A stretch of 64,000 bases of DNA, taken from Sphyrna mokarran (taxonomy: Eukaryota). The notes beneath the pieces were generated by a model that was not told the DNA's origin, searched no databases, and was given only the letters and a program-made list of their open reading frames with translations. Each line of letters starts with the position of its first letter. Position 1 is the first letter of the stretch. The stretch is from positions 100,688,001 through 100,752,000 of the forward strand of contig JAGIQG010000009.1 in NCBI GenBank assembly GCA_024679065.1, given 5' to 3'. Positions 62,161-64,000 of this stretch are shown here, in pieces. The translations under genes and the position numbers were made by a program.

Positions 62161-64000
62161 CATTCCCTGTCACAGCCAGACCACATCCTTCACTTTTGCA
62201 TGCCAGTGTAACGTGGAACTTAAAGACGCATTTAGCAAGCTCAACAGAGAATTTGGCTTCTTGCAATCAAACATTTTTCCAAGTGTCACAAATATTGCTC
62301 CCACTTTCGCCGCGAAGCTACCAGATCTCGAATATGACATTCAGAATGTGTCAGTGTTGCTCTTTGTTGCTTCCAATGTTAAACACAACCAGCATGTGCC
62401 TCATAACAAACAGCATAAGTTCAATCGGCAGCGCTCTTTTGAAATCAAAAAAAGACTGATATTTGTTTCTCATTTCTGATTTGCCCATTTGCCAATATTA
62501 ATGCAGAAAGGCAAAATTGTGATATAGCTGATTGATGGATTTTGTCAATAAAATCTCACTCAGCAATCTAGCTTTCATTGATCCAACTGCGAATAATTAT
62601 TACCCAAGGATAGATGAACGGAAATTCCGAGGGTATGTCTACGGTATGTCTTCCTTGTGAATAAAATTTTGTTAACAGAAAATAAATCAGCTTACTTTTG
62701 TCTTCAGATGGGTACATCAACCCATCGACCGGCAAAATGTCTTTTCAGTTGCATTAAGCCTCGATCTTTCAAAGCTTCGGCATTCTACCACTGTCAGCAA
62801 ATCAGTAAATAAAGTGCGCCAACGAGTGCTGTTGACGGTCTGTTCCGCGCAACAACTGTGGCTGTTGTAACGTGTAACACAGTCGCCTGCACACAGCAAA
62901 ATCATTATTTATTTGAGTGCATCGAACAAATCGACCCATGCCAAAATGTTCAGTTCCTTCAAAAACAGTGGTTGACATATTCATTGTTGAAGTTTATTGT
63001 CACATTGTGTCCACATTTCCAAAATGTGTACCATTTGAGTGCAAAAAAAACAAAAATAATTAATTTGCAAACCTGACCAGGAAGAACTAGTAACTGCAAA
63101 GTCCATCCTCGGCTCATCCTGAGGAAGTTAGCATAACAAATTCCGACCTAGATAATGTTGACTCCATGTCATATTAGGGAATAAATCCACACATCGGGTT
63201 AACAAAATGTCACCCTTCCCCCAACCCTTCCCGGAGAGACCCCCCTGCAGACCAGAATATTTGCATTTCTGAGCAATATGCTTCACTAACCGGGCTGCTC
63301 CTTCCCTGCTAATGCATAAGATGGAAAATTGCTTGCAAATTAATCTGAACTCATTAAGGAGCAAACATTCGAACAATCAATCAATATTCGATCGATCTGC
63401 TCTCTAACATTGACAATGTGTAAAATCATATTACTAACATGTCGACCATAGACTATATGTGTGCCCATGACTTGAACGACAATGATGAATTTCGTTCAGA
63501 TCGTAACCATCCGGGTCATAGTGCAAAAATGGTAATACATAACGACGCCAATTGCCCTGTTGATAGAGACTACCAAAGCAGTCTTTCAGGGATATTGACG
63601 CCGACAATTTGATGTCACGCGACAGGACGGGGGCGTTGCTTGGTAGAGAGACGTCAAATTGTTGCCCTGGCCGGCGTAAGCAATGATTTGTCAGGTTGTT
63701 GCAAGCTAACTAACAAATCGAATACAGTTCGTGCACAGCCTCTTGATCCTTGCTTTCTAAACTCTAAGCAGTTCGAGTTGCTTCACGTGCCGAATGCAAT
63801 TCAACATCAAATCATACAATGCATTTCATTATTATTCTGCATGCTGGATTCGGTCAGGATTGACATGACAAATTGAAATAAAATAAAAATAATAACACTT
63901 GCCTTAAATAAATGTAAGACAGTAATGTTGATAATGAGTATTCTTCATTTTGTATGTTACATTCAGTGCGGTATGCCGGAGGAATGATTAACTCTGCTTC

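Noticed and set aside
62153-62479. 108-aa ORF that reads somewhat protein-like
   Set aside because: Starts at a non-ATG codon within a SINE end; no motif, splice sites or composition shift to support it.
1-64000. The many 60-190 aa ORFs in the supplied track as host genes
   Set aside because: Most start at non-ATG codons, overlap decayed LINEs/SINEs or are antisense to them, and none resembles a host protein I recognise.
1-64000. CRISPR array, operon or other prokaryotic system
   Set aside because: No regularly spaced repeat-spacer array and very low coding density; the content is vertebrate-type repeats.

Overview
Repeat-rich, AT-rich eukaryotic DNA. It is very probably from a cartilaginous fish (shark-like), judged from the repeat repertoire: CR1 LINEs, HE1/V-SINE-like SINEs, Rex1/Babar LINEs and Penelope-like elements. 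I recognised no host protein-coding gene, rRNA, true tRNA or CRISPR array, so the window reads as intergenic or as part of a large intron. Almost all listed short ORFs are chance frames or decayed retroelement pieces. The one intact long ORF (51457-52410, minus) belongs to a young, 5'-truncated Penelope-like element encoding the RT C-terminus and a GIY-YIG endonuclease. It has a near-perfect 227-bp inverted repeat, a 12-bp flanking direct repeat and a minimal hammerhead-ribozyme-like motif in each repeat copy. The most intriguing unexplained signal is four strand-skewed (A/C-rich) islands with decayed protein-like frames (~6.3-6.9, 12.1-12.9, 29.8-31.1, 57.0-57.7 kb). They match no repeat I recognise, three abut LINE ends, and they are candidate endogenous viral elements. 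Also noted: candidate minus-strand micro-exons at 58-60 kb, a 117-bp local duplication, and an apparent lack of CpG depletion. Boundaries of decayed elements are approximate, and all family calls are from motif recognition by eye, not database searches.
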